Below, piece by piece: positions 1 through 11,033 of a stretch of DNA of 37,644 bases. Origin of the DNA: Macrostomum lignano (taxonomy: Eukaryota). The first letter of the stretch is position 1; each line of letters opens with the position of its first letter. The translations under genes and the position numbers were made by a program. Below the pieces are notes generated by a model. It had not been told where the DNA came from and searched no databases. It saw only the letters and a list, made by a program, of their open reading frames with translations. Where the stretch lies: NCBI GenBank assembly GCA_002269645.1, contig NIVC01004702.1, positions 1 to 37,644 of the forward strand, read 5' to 3'.

Positions 1-255
1 ACTAATGTACATGTAGTCGGTTTACTATTCTCCGTTCTGAGTCTTCTCATTCTTCTGCCTTATATTTGACTAAAATAAGTTTGCTAGGCGTTCCAAGCGA
101 CCCTACTAATCAACCGCAGAAGTTTTAAGCTTAGTGTATTTTATTAGAGTAAACTCAAACAACTTTAATTCACTTGAAATCAAACTAGCGCTGTTCAGTA
201 TAGAGAGAATAGATAGAAAAAAAGGGTCTATTAAGTAGGAAAACACACTGGGCAA

Positions 256-860
256 ATGTCTTCAGATAGTGAGTCATTCACGTCGCATTCTGGCAGCCTT
301 GTTGAGCAGCAGTTGAACTCGGCGCTTGAAACTGCAGCAGTCAGCTCGCAACCAGAGTCACTGGTGCTGCTGCAGCGCCGTCTCCCAGCGGCTCTGTTGG
401 GTGAGAGTTCTAGCATTGACATTTTTGAGCAGCCTAGTCCCATCATCAGGCATGTATACAGACACTTACAAAAAACGTGCAATTTAGTTTTAATTTAACC
501 CACTGCTAGCAAACATTATTTTGTTTTGAATAAAGTCCAAATAAAACAATTTATAGGTTTATGATTTGAAGTTTCGGTATACCTAACGTATCCGGCTCAA
601 AGATAGCTGGTTTTATGGGATAGCGGGATTACCTGTTAATAATGCCGAACCTACTCTAGTAGATATTATAGAAAACATATTATTGCATCGCTTGCAGAAA
701 TCATCGAATTGTCGAAAACTCCTCCGAGTCGTCATTTTCTGACGAGGTAGGCGACGGCGAAGGCGGCGGTGTCGAACTAGCAGATCAACTAAACCATAGT
801 TCAGAATCCGGAATGCAACAGCAGCAACAAGTCGCTCCAGATGATTTCCACGTAGTGCCG
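256..860 (+). CDS. Two putative 5' coding exons (256-449 and 698-860), Ser/Gln-rich; probably the N-terminal extension of the downstream septin
   Basis: ATG at 256. The frame joins AG(448-449)+A(698) across a GC donor (AG|GCATGT at 450) and a TTGCAG acceptor at 697. Exon 2 reads NHRIVENSSESSFSDEVGDGEGGG...MQQQQQVAPDDFHVVP up to a strong GTAAGA donor at 861. The link to the septin exon is not phase-resolved. Confidence 0.45.
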
Positions 861-1136
861 GTAAGAAGAATTTGGTTTAGTTTGTTCTTGTAGACTTAGA
901 ACTATCTTAGGGCTTTTACGTTTACGAAGTAGACTGGTAGTTAAGGATCGAACTGCATGTAACTCGTAGCTTGACTCAGTTCGAGTTATAGGTTTATAAT
1001 TATTAGACTAACTAAATTTGACTGGAGTGATAACTTCACCACTTACAAGCAGCCCGTTGCAGCCAGCTTAAAGTAGCTGGCATTCTCAGGGACCTTGATA
1101 GTTCTGTGGCTCTATCAAGAATTATATTGCGGTTTC

Positions 1137-1210
1137 GTAGCTGGCGCCCCGTCTGTAGCTGGCGCCTCCCCTCTGTAGCTGGCGCCTCTCCTCTGCAGCT
1201 GGCGCCCCTG
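1137..1210. repeat. Short tandem repeat of GTAGCTGGCGCC-containing units (18-20 bp, 4 copies)
   Basis: (GT/GC)AGCTGGCGCC occurs 4 times between 1137 and 1210. Confidence 0.7.
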
Positions 1211-1298
1211 CAAAATAATTGTGTTTCTGCCAGATTAAACTGCCCAAAAGAACAACATGTACTTTTTGTTCATGTGAAAAGCAATCTCACATTTTCAG

Positions 1299-3948
1299 TT
1301 CCTCGCGAGAACGGTCAACTCGAAGACGACTGGTCAGTCAGTCAGGTTCCTCCTGTGCAGCGGACCTCCAGTCACATGGAATTCAGCGGTCGCGACCTCG
1401 AGCTCCGTTCGTTGTCGCGTCAGCTGTGCAAAAAGTCTGCTCGGCGCGGTTTCGACTTCAAGCTGATGCTAGTCGGCGAGAGCGGCATCGGCAAGACCAC
1501 CCTGATCGACTCTTTGTTCAACGTTGAGAGTACACGAAATCTTGGCAGCCAATACGTCAGAGGCCAGCGCGATGCCACCAGTACAACTAGACTGTGCGAA
1601 CGGTTCTTCGAGCTGGAAGAAGGCGGAGTTACGGTTCGGCTGACTGTGATTGACACGCCCGGATTCGCCACCGAGCTGGATAGCAACGGCTGCGTGCAGC
1701 CAGTGCTCAGCTACGTGGAACGCCAGCTGGACGACTTTTACCGAATGGAACAGGGAACTGACAGGTCCAAACTGCAGGACGGACGTGTCCACGCCCTGCT
1801 GTATTTGATTAATCCGTCTAGTCGCGGTTTGAAGCAGTTAGACCTGATGTGCTTGAAAGCGTTGCACAGCAAGGTTAATATTGTTCCGGTCATTGGCAAA
1901 GCCGACACTCTGACGACAAGCGAGAAGGCGAACCTGAAAGCCTGGATTCTGCAGGATCTCAGCCGGCACGGCATCTCGGTGTACACTCTCCCAGAATTTG
2001 ACGAATGCTTCGGCAACCAAGCCGATCAACACGGCGACGATGTCTACCTGAGGAATCAGTACGATAGCCTCAGAAGCTGCATGCCGTTGGCTGTTGTTGG
2101 CGCCAATCAGCTGGTGAAAAATGCCAACGGTCAATGGGCCAGGGTGCGAGAATATCCCTGGGGAGTGGTCGATATTGACAATCCGGAGTTCTCCGATTTT
2201 TTGAAACTGCGCGAACTTCTCATGTGAGTATATTTGGAGGTTAAGCCGTGGACTCTCCAAAATAGTGCAGTGCGTCAAGTAATTGGGATGATAGAAAGTT
2301 TTAGGTCCTTTAAAAATAACTATTTTCAGTAGTTCTGAAGTATTGTGAATATCTAAATGACTGAACCTGAAAAAACAAACACCAAGTATACTTGAACATC
2401 CATTCAACAGAATGTACATGGAAGACTTTAAAGACAAGACGCACGAGGTGATCTATGAACAGATTCGGCTCAACAGACTGAGGCAGAGCGACTGGCAAAT
2501 GTCGAGGTGAGTGCATGGCACCAACATAAGCAACGCTTGTTACGTAAGTCTTATACAAACCCGTACAATAATACGACGCGTCTAGCTACGTACATGAAAT
2601 GACGTCGCCATGACAAGTGGGTAGGCCGACGGATCAAGACATTATGCCGAACATCCGTCCAAGGACTACTGAAGTAGAAGGACGGGGAAACAATATTTCT
2701 TGGAAAATCTTTAGGAGGCAGGTTTTACAACAAGTCGGTATTTGATCATTGCCTGAATCTTGTGTAGTCCAGTAATAACATTTGTTTAAGGCCTACAAGA
2801 AGCGCAGAGTCCTGCTGGTTTTTAGTTTGTCAGTAACTTGTAAGGCAGGAGTCGGCAATCTTTTTTTACCCAAGGGCCAGATAGGGAACCTAGAGCATGA
2901 CTGCGGGCAAGAGGAGGGGAAAGAGGAAATGGAATAAAGAGGAGAGAAGAGAGATAGGAGAAAAGAGAAGCGAGGAAAATGAGAAGATACGAGAGGAGAG
3001 AACAGAGGAAAGAGAGAGAGGGGAGAGGAGAGAAGAGTAGAGATGAGAAGGGATATGAGAAAAGAGAGGAGAGGAGAGAGAAGGAAGAGGAGAGGCGAGA
3101 GGAGAAGACAGAGGACAGATTAGAGAAAATAGAAGAGGTGGTTAAAGAGAGGAGAGCTGAGAAGAGACTCAAACCTTGAGCAGGTCGGATTGGTATTGTG
3201 AAGTTTCAAAGGACTCGAGGTCCGGATGGAGAGGCTTTGCGGGCTGCATGTGGCCCGCCGGGCCGGAATTTGCGACCCCTTTTGTAAGGAAATGTATAAG
3301 AGCTGGGGGCGGGAACTTTTGGGAAAATCAAGGCAACAGTTCAACCCGAAGCCTACAGTTTGCTGTCCCCTAGCCGTAGATACGGTACGTGAGAACACAC
3401 GCAAGCACTCACAGAGGCCTGTAGCCTTGGAATTGTAAGTCGCACGACACGTCTCAAGCCAATATTTGGCGCACAATTATCCCATATTAGCGGATTCGAG
3501 TGGAACTGTCTTCTATCCGCCTCTTTGCGCTGTCTACAGGATGACCAAGACTCTAGCGGAACGCGAGCGTTTACTCCGAGAGAAAGACGAAGAGCTTCGC
3601 AGACTACGCGACGCAGTTGAAGGCCTACAACGGGCCAGCACAGCAGCGACAGCAACAGCAAGTCGTCGAGTCTACCAACAGCAGCGTCGCAGGCAGATCG
3701 CTATCACCAGGCCGGTCCTAGCTCCAGAACACTTGGGTCAAACGGTGCATCGACTCGTCTGGCGTCGAGTAGCTCGGCCGCCTACAGTGGTCAACTGCGC
3801 AGTCGTGCTCAAGCTCGGAGTAGCTATTACAATTAGTTGCCATACCAACCTCATAAGAAACGCACACGTGTATAAGCTACTTTGCTCCATTTGCAATTCG
3901 GAAGTCCAGAAAGTGAGATTTATTCACTTCAACGTCCTTCAAATTTAG
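1299..3948 (+). CDS. Septin (SEPT2-group-like); exons about 1299-2223, 2411-2506, 3540-3948
   Basis: Motifs: polybasic KKSARRGFDFKLMLV, P-loop GESGIGKTT, G3 DTPGF, G4 GKADTL, and septin-unique element REYPWGVVDIDNPEFSDFLKLRELL. Phase-2 GTGAGT donors at 2224 and 2507 match CAG acceptors at 2410 and 3539, giving ...LLIMYMEDFKDKTHEVIYEQIR and the coiled coil LLREKDEELRRL. Start and exact stop are uncertain. Confidence 0.93.
2661..2730. mobile_element. Diverged terminal fragment of the foldback element at 31391-32089
   Basis: AAGGACTACTGAAGTAGAAGGACGGGGAAAC aligns with AAGGACGACTTAAGTAGAAGGACGGGAAAC at 31391. Confidence 0.6.
2846..3281. mobile_element. hAT-type MITE with GA-rich internal filler, in a septin intron
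   Basis: Left end CAGGAGTCGGCAA, right end TTTGCGACCCCTT. Perfect 8-bp TSD TTGTAAGG at 2838-2845 and 3282-3289. GGGCTGCATGTGGCCCGCCGGGCCG subterminal block typical of hAT MITEs. Confidence 0.88.
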
Positions 3949-4938
3949 TTTCAAATAATTATTACTGGTAGTTGCTATAAGGAAAACCAATTCCGCATGT
4001 ACAGTGCCAACCAGTGCTAACCTTTATTTAGTTGAATGTAATGCGGAATGGCTTAAGATCGATCTGTATATAATAAACTTAGATTATGTGGGAATCTTTA
4101 AATCATAATTGATTCATCTTTCATGCTTTGCTGTGCTCAAATGTAGTAGTGTATTCACATGTGTGCTCAAACTTTCGACTCTGCATATATAACTGTAATT
4201 TACGTCACTAATGCGTGGCCATGAAAAATAGTGCTTTTTAATCCTTATCAAGCGTGCTGTTCTGCCACTAGCGCTTTTTGTTCCTTGTTGGTCGATCTTG
4301 AATCTGTGCAGGACATGACGACAATCAGTGACGCTATATAAGTAATAAGCTGTGTGACACTTCAGCATTTTTTCGAATGTAGATTATTTCACCTAAAAGC
4401 TAAAATCACCTAAAATAGCTGTGTATTCTTACCGTGCAGTGTAAATTATTTAAATTGCTTGCCAGTTGTACCGGTGTGAGCCGACGCGTTCTCGACGCGC
4501 GTCTAATCGATTATGTCGCTACATGACCATGTACTTTTGCATTACATCGACGGATAACGACGACTATACCCTAAAGCACAACGTGTGTGCTGATGATTAG
4601 GAGGAGCAATAGAGAATAGTGTGAAAATGTTACGTATTACTTTACACAGTAGCCTATAAAAGCTACATACATTTACATGTATGCATATGTTGATGCGCCT
4701 TAAAATAGACACGACTTTGGCCTGGCCAGTTTTGTAGTAAAAGTAACTAACGTAACATTGTTTATGTAGTGATTATAGCCTTTGCAGCCCGTCCTAAAGC
4801 CGCTAAATTCAGTTTGCATGAACGCAGGCCTGTAGCCCAGCGCAGCCATAACTGTGTGTTGTGTCGATTAAAAGCGTGTGGACTTGCAATGTATGTTTTG
4901 TCGAGAGTCCATAGGCAATAATTTTGGTGTTATATGGC

Positions 4939-5057
4939 TATAAATAAAGATTTTGACACGTACTACGCTATATGTCTTCAATTATGCGTGCAGCAGCTAC
5001 ATGTATGGGGGTCTTTGCACAGCCGATTCGAATTATCTCCTTGGCAGAAAGGCGTAC
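4939..5057 (+). other. Candidate TATA box plus first coding exon of the SUV39H gene (speculative)
   Basis: TATAAATA at 4939-4946, downstream of a CpG-rich patch near 4480-4560. Two phase-1 donor options (GTACGT at 5054, GTGAGC at 5058) are compatible with the phase-1 acceptor at 11033. Confidence 0.25.
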
Positions 5058-6483
5058 GTGAGCATAGCCAACGCCAACGTTTGGGCATTGCCTACGCTTA
5101 CCCCAACCGTCGAAACAGTAGTAGTCCATGTACGTCTCGGTATTGCAGATTACGATATACCACAAGGTCCCACTAAGTTGCCTAAACGATTTATCCAAAT
5201 TTCCAGTGCGTAAGTGTTTCTTGCAGCTTCTCAGCTGCAAGGGCAATGAAAAACTGCTGTAAGAAATCGGCTCTGCACCACAAAGGTCTTTGGACGTGAG
5301 AAAATACAGCAGTGGTGCAGCAGTTCGTGCACCAGTCGTTCTTTCTTGGTTGAAATGGTTCTACCGGCCGGAACTTAATACAGCTATAGCTGTCAGCTAT
5401 CTATACACATACCTTATACATGATTATATTTTCACATGTTTATTTGCTAGCGCTAAAACTTATTTAAAAAATCTTTAGAATACTGTGTCATAGAGAAATT
5501 TACCATATTGTCATATTTTAACTTAATAGAAGATTTTTGTTTATTTTAGTATTTTTCTTCAATTCGTATAATTTCTCTATTTTTAATTTTTAATTTGTTA
5601 AGCTTTATACGCAGTTGGCGCGCACATCGATCAGCCACGTGCATGTGGGCATTACGCCATTACTGACATATAAGAAACGATATTCCGAAGCAATGCGCAT
5701 TTAGAATTTAGCTATAGCAACAATAACTTTATAGTTTAATTTGGCTTGCCTTTACTTTATTTGTAATACTTTTGGTTTAATAGTTCCCCTTGAAACTTAA
5801 GAGGTTCAAAGTAAGACATAGAACACATAGCCATAGCCCATAGCATACATACATAGGCCTACCGCCTACGCTCTAAGCTTACTTTAGGCCCCCACTTCCT
5901 TCCTTCAGTTTCTTCATTTGGGCTCTAGTATTATTTCACTAGCTATATTGCAACTTTTATTTTAGGAATCAATAGGCCTATACATTTTTTATATTAGATT
6001 AGACCTGTCACCTTTTTCTTTTGGCATTTCTGTAGGAGTCTCACTCGAGGCCTAGCAGTGGACCATAGGCGTATATCATCATGAAAATTTACCCCTCAAC
6101 AGTTAGTCTTATTAATATTCCCCCAACATCAATTCTTAATGTACTTCAATCAAATAATCTTAAATTTCCTAATGATAATGTTGCACAATTTGTTGCACTG
6201 CATTTACAAAAACTCAATTCAAATCAAGCCCTCCATGTTATCTCGAATTGTAAGTATTTAATATTGTGTTATTTTTATTGATTTGTTATATTCTTATTAA
6301 TGTTAAATAATGGTGTATTGTTCTATTTGGTATGACTATCTGTTGATAAACCAACAAAGTTTATCAAAATAGTGGTTTTTATACTAATAATGCTAATAGA
6401 TATTGTCATAGTAGGACCTAGGAGCCTAGCCATGTTAATTAAAGTTTTTATCATTTTTAGGCTTTTTACATGGCTATTCTAAT

Positions 6484-7780
6484 CCATACCATAGTCAAGA
6501 AGGTGACCTATATAACTTTCGCCAACAGATTTTCAGACAGATCTTCTGACACTTTTTTCCAACACTTAAAATGTTACAAAAAGTGTCAGAAAAAGTGTCG
6601 TAACAGCTTTAACTTTCACCGACACATTTTCAGACAGATCTTCCAACACAAAATGTCACAAAAAGTGTCGTAACTGTTGACATTCGCTGACGCATATTTT
6701 CCAACACCTAAATTAATGCTGCAAAAAGTGTCTGAAAAAGTGTCATATAGTTAAATTAGAGATATTTTCAGTGTTAAATTTACAAAATGGTAGCTATATC
6801 TATATACTAAAGACAATACTAAATACTAGACAATACATAATACTATGTATATATGTATATCAATTAAATGATGCGCAACACAATTGAAATGTGCACTACA
6901 GGCTGCTGCGTAGTGCATACTTAACAAATATGCATGTAAGCTTACATGAAAAGTACAAGCTACATATATATCACCTAGCTCTAAGAACCGACATTTCAAG
7001 TGTCGGAAGATGTGTTGGCAAAATTTAACCATACGACACTTTTTTAGACACTTTTTGGGACATTTTAAGTGTCGGAAGATTTGTCTGAAAATGTTTTGGT
7101 GAAAGTTAAAGCTGTTACGACATTTTTTCCAAACACTTTTTGCAATATTTTAAGTGTTGGAAAAAAGTGTCGGAAGATCTGTCTGAAAATGTGTCGGGCA
7201 AAAGTTATATAGGTAGGAAGGTGGCACAGTGTGCGCCAGAATAATTTTTTGGGACGATTTGTGCGCCATCTATGCACCATCTATGCGCCATCTATGCGCC
7301 ATTTGTGCACTGTCTATGCGCCACTCTTCACGAGTAGAGTTTTCTAAGAAAGGCCTTCGTACAAAAAGCCTTTTTAAAATGTTACACATATTTTCATTTT
7401 AAACAAACTTAAATTATACCTACAAATAGAGTAATGCAAAATTGACGTTTTTAGCAATAATTTATACTAATTTTATTTACTGTTAATTTTAAAGAAGCAA
7501 AAAGTTTATCACTGACTTTCTAGACTATACAAATCTCCTTTATTTTACGTAAAATTGTTAATTTGCATTACAATTTTCATGCATGTCAGGGACCTTATGC
7601 GCCGCAATTATGTGCCCCATGCGCTAGGGACCTCAGTGTGCGCCATGATTGTGCACCAAATGCGCCAAGGAGTCCTTGGCAAGGACCCTTTGTGTGCGCC
7701 GCACTTGTGCGCCAATGTGTGCCAAGACCCTTTGTGTGTGCAGGAATTTTCCCCCTCAGAGGCCACCTTCCTGACTATGG
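6484..7780. mobile_element. Non-autonomous TIR element with 8-bp TSD (superfamily unassigned), interrupted by a nested insertion
   Basis: TIR CCATAGTCA(A/G)GAAGGTGGC at both ends once the inner element is removed. Perfect TSD ATTCTAAT at 6476-6483 and 7781-7788. Internal TGTGCGCC/TATGCGCC subrepeats. Confidence 0.82.
6506..7214. mobile_element. Foldback/MULE-like non-autonomous element with long subrepeated TIRs and 9-bp TSD
   Basis: Inverted arms of about 170-200 bp starting ACCTATATAACTTT. Flanks are AAGAAGGTG (6497-6505) and AGGAAGGTG (7215-7223). Confidence 0.82.
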
Positions 7781-8510
7781 ATTCTAATGAGCCACTTATT
7801 AATCATGGGTGCTGGTAAATTCATCTACTGGTAAATTTGTCAAATGGTAGCCTATATATATTTATCAGTATAGTACAGTATGTGCAGCAGTCTACATGCT
7901 CAGATATAATAATAGATTCATAAAATTTATGAGCCAAATTGTGTCATTGTAATGCTAGTTTTTAGGCACAGGACATGAAAATTGTCAATCATGATAGATA
8001 ATGCTTGCAGATTGTCTATTGCTGGAATGTCTTTTCACCAGATTGACTAGATAAAAGACAGCAGCGCACTGCAGTACCCAGCAGTCTGCCATATATAATA
8101 TGATAAAATATGAAATAAGATACAATTAAAAAGCAATGAAACCAAGAATCTTCCATGGTAACAACTAGCTAAGGGACCACAATTCCATAAGGCAGGATCC
8201 CTGGCAATCTTAATCAATTTTAATTTCAATCAGTTTTAATTATTTATTTCAACCAAAAATTAATACTTAAAAACTTTTTCTATAGCAAATATTAAAACCT
8301 TATTGCTTTTCCATTTGTTTGCATTTCTTACTTCTATATACTTCATTATACTGTACATTAGATACGCACTATGCCAACTATAATAAACTCATCAACACAG
8401 TTGACAAATAAAAAGTCAATGAGTTTACCCAGATCCATTAATCATATAGGCCTTACCAATACTCGTATACAAAACCAAAAAAGATTTAAATATAATATAA
8501 AATATTTAAA

Positions 8511-9322
8511 TAAGCCTTGACATCTCAACAATCCCGCATAAGCCTTGACATCCCAGGAATTCCCCCCCCATATGCCTTGACATCTCAGCAATTCTCCCTG
8601 TAAGCCTTGACATCAGGAATTCCCCCCCATATGCCTTGACATCTCAGCAATTCTCCCTGTAAGCCTTGACATCTCAGCAATTCCCCCAATAAGCCATGAC
8701 ATCTTAGATTGTCATGGAGCCTTGGAGTCTGAGCAATTTCCCGCATAAGCCTTGAAATCTTAGCAACTCTTCCCTGTAGCCTTAATGTCTCAGCAATTCT
8801 CCCAGCTGTAAGCCTTGACATCCCAGCAATTCTCCCAGTAAGCCTTGACATCCCAGCAATTCCCCATTAGCCTTGACATCCCAACAATTCCCCAATTAAG
8901 CCTTGATGTCCCAGCAATTCCCCATAAGCCTTGATATCCCAGCAATTCTCCCAAGTAAACCTTGACATCCCAGCAATTCCCCATTAGCCTTGACATCCCA
9001 ACAATTCCCCAATTAAGCCTTGATGTCCCAGCAATTCCCCATAAGCCTTGACATCCCAGCAATTCTCCCAAGTAAACCTTGACATCCCAGCAATTCCCCC
9101 AGCTATAAGCCTTGACATCCTAGCAATTCCTCATAAGCCAAGCCTTGATATCCCAGCAATTCCCCAATAAGCCTTGAAATCCCAGCAATTCCCCCATAAG
9201 CCTTGACATCCTAGCAATTCCCCCCATAAGCCTTGACATCCCAGCAATTCCCCATAAGCCTTGACATCTCTGCAAATCCCTCCATGCGTCTTAGCAGTTC
9301 TCTTTGTAAGTCTAGACATTTT
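8511..9322. repeat. Minisatellite, about 29-bp unit AAGCCTTGACATCCCAGCAATTCCCCAT
   Basis: More than 25 imperfect copies. A 4-unit block of about 117 bp is duplicated (CCTTGATGTC at 8901 and 9018). Confidence 0.95.
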
Positions 9323-10036
9323 AGCAATTTACCAATGAATATTTTTTGTTTTATAAGATGCTCCATTTATGCTTGAACTTGTGCTTCTTTTATGTTTAGC
9401 ATAATACTTTTTTCACATGGTGATCCTTTTTGTAAGCTTTAATCATTAAGCTTAAAAAATAATAACAAATTATTCCACTGAAATTCGAACCTAGTCTCTG
9501 CTTCAGCAGCTCCATCTGTTTGCATCTGGGCTAGCTTTCATTGATTGATATGCTCGTACATGAATTGTAGCACTTATAATTCAACACTCACATCATGTCA
9601 GTTAGAGTAAAAGTCATGACATAATTTATTTCTCATTCAGTCGGTGTCAGTCACAATTAAAGTTAGCAATTCAATTATGCAATATCAATCAAGTCTTGTG
9701 CTATATGCTTCCACACTGTGTACTTCAGACTAGCGTAATTGAATTCAGTGTTAAAATTCATCCAGTACACAGACAATAAATAAAAAGCCTAGTGTGATGC
9801 AATCTATTTCAGAATCAGAATTCAACCAGTCAGTTTTTTCTCTAGCATTTTTACAATGCATTTCAAGTAAAAAAAGCTGCTTGACCTTTGCAAAACAGCA
9901 CATTTTTTGAATATTTAATCCCTTTAGCATTGAGCAATCTCTTAGCCAAGACCCATGTATCGTCATGGAAAAAAATTTCTGATCAAACAGTGCAAGTTCA
10001 AACTAAATTGGTTGAGCTGTTTTTTTATTATCAATT

Positions 10037-10300
10037 GCACACAGACAGACAGACAGCTCAGATTTAGATATATAGAAGAAGATTTAGATATATAGAAGAA
10101 GATTAGATGTATAGAAGAAGAAGATTCTATTATTGATTGCACAGACAGACAGACAGACAGCTCAGATTTAGATATATAGAAGAAGATTTAGATATATAGA
10201 AGAAGATTAGATATATAAGAAGAAGATTCTATTATCATTGCACAGACAGACAGACAGACAGCTCAGATTTAGATATATAGATAGAAAAAGAAGAAGACTC
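10037..10300. repeat. About 100-bp compound tandem repeat (GACA and TAGATATATAGAAGAAGAT subunits), about 2.5 copies
   Basis: GCAC(AC)AGACAGACAG...CTCAGATTTAGATATATAGA starts near 10037, 10138 and 10239. Confidence 0.85.
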
Positions 10301-11033
10301 AGACCTATACTAAGACTTGTACCTAAAATATTATTCAGATTAATACTAAGACCTATGTTCACTTATGAACTATAATTTAGTATAACTTTAGTGATAGCTT
10401 TTTGGATTTTTAATAGGACAGAAGCAAGCCCTACAGTACCAATTTTTCAGGCTTATATGTACAAGTATACCAAAAGTTTTCTAGTATTTTAGCATAATTA
10501 GCAATGTGGTTCCAATATATGTCTCAGATTTTACATGTATAACTGCTAGCTAACCCAGCTAATCTAGCTAGCATAAATTTTAGCAAACAAAAGGATACTT
10601 TCAAATTTGATAGCTAAAATAAGAAAGCAAGGAATTGAAAAAAACAGATAAGAAAGGTGTAAAAGGAATTATGTAACATAACTAAGTCATATTTTATTTA
10701 TAGTTAAAGCCTATTTATATTAATGCCTTAAGATTAGCAGTGGTTAGACTGTTCCTATCTCATTCAATTCCTCAGCTAGTGCCATTGCAAGCAAGCCTTT
10801 TGCTGTCTTTCTTAGTTTTAGCACTTTTTTAATCTAACAGCAATATCAATTAAGATAATACATTAACTTATGTAATATATTTCCCTATGTAATGTCATGC
10901 ATAAAATTTAGGTAATGTAATCTCATATACTGCTAAAGGTTTTTAGGTACCCGAATTCTTCTATTTGATGCTATTTTGTACCTGATTTATAAGAGATTTA
11001 AAAATATCAATTTTCAATCAAACCTTAATCTAG

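Noticed and set aside
1106-1298. N-terminal part of the 373-aa septin ORF
   Set aside because: GTG start, runs through a small tandem repeat and an AT-rich acceptor tract; most likely intronic.
2387-2410. Non-canonical acceptor needed to restore an LIRxxM motif in the septin
   Set aside because: SEPT2-type spacing (LITHMQD) fits the ordinary CAG acceptor at 2410.
2822-3179. Ser/Leu-rich and Glu/Arg-rich ORFs (also 20640-21211)
   Set aside because: Translations of the GA-rich MITE filler inside introns.
8511-9322. CRISPR-like array (also considered for the 28-, 31- and 50-bp arrays)
   Set aside because: Units are head-to-tail with no unique spacers, there are no cas genes, and the context is eukaryotic.
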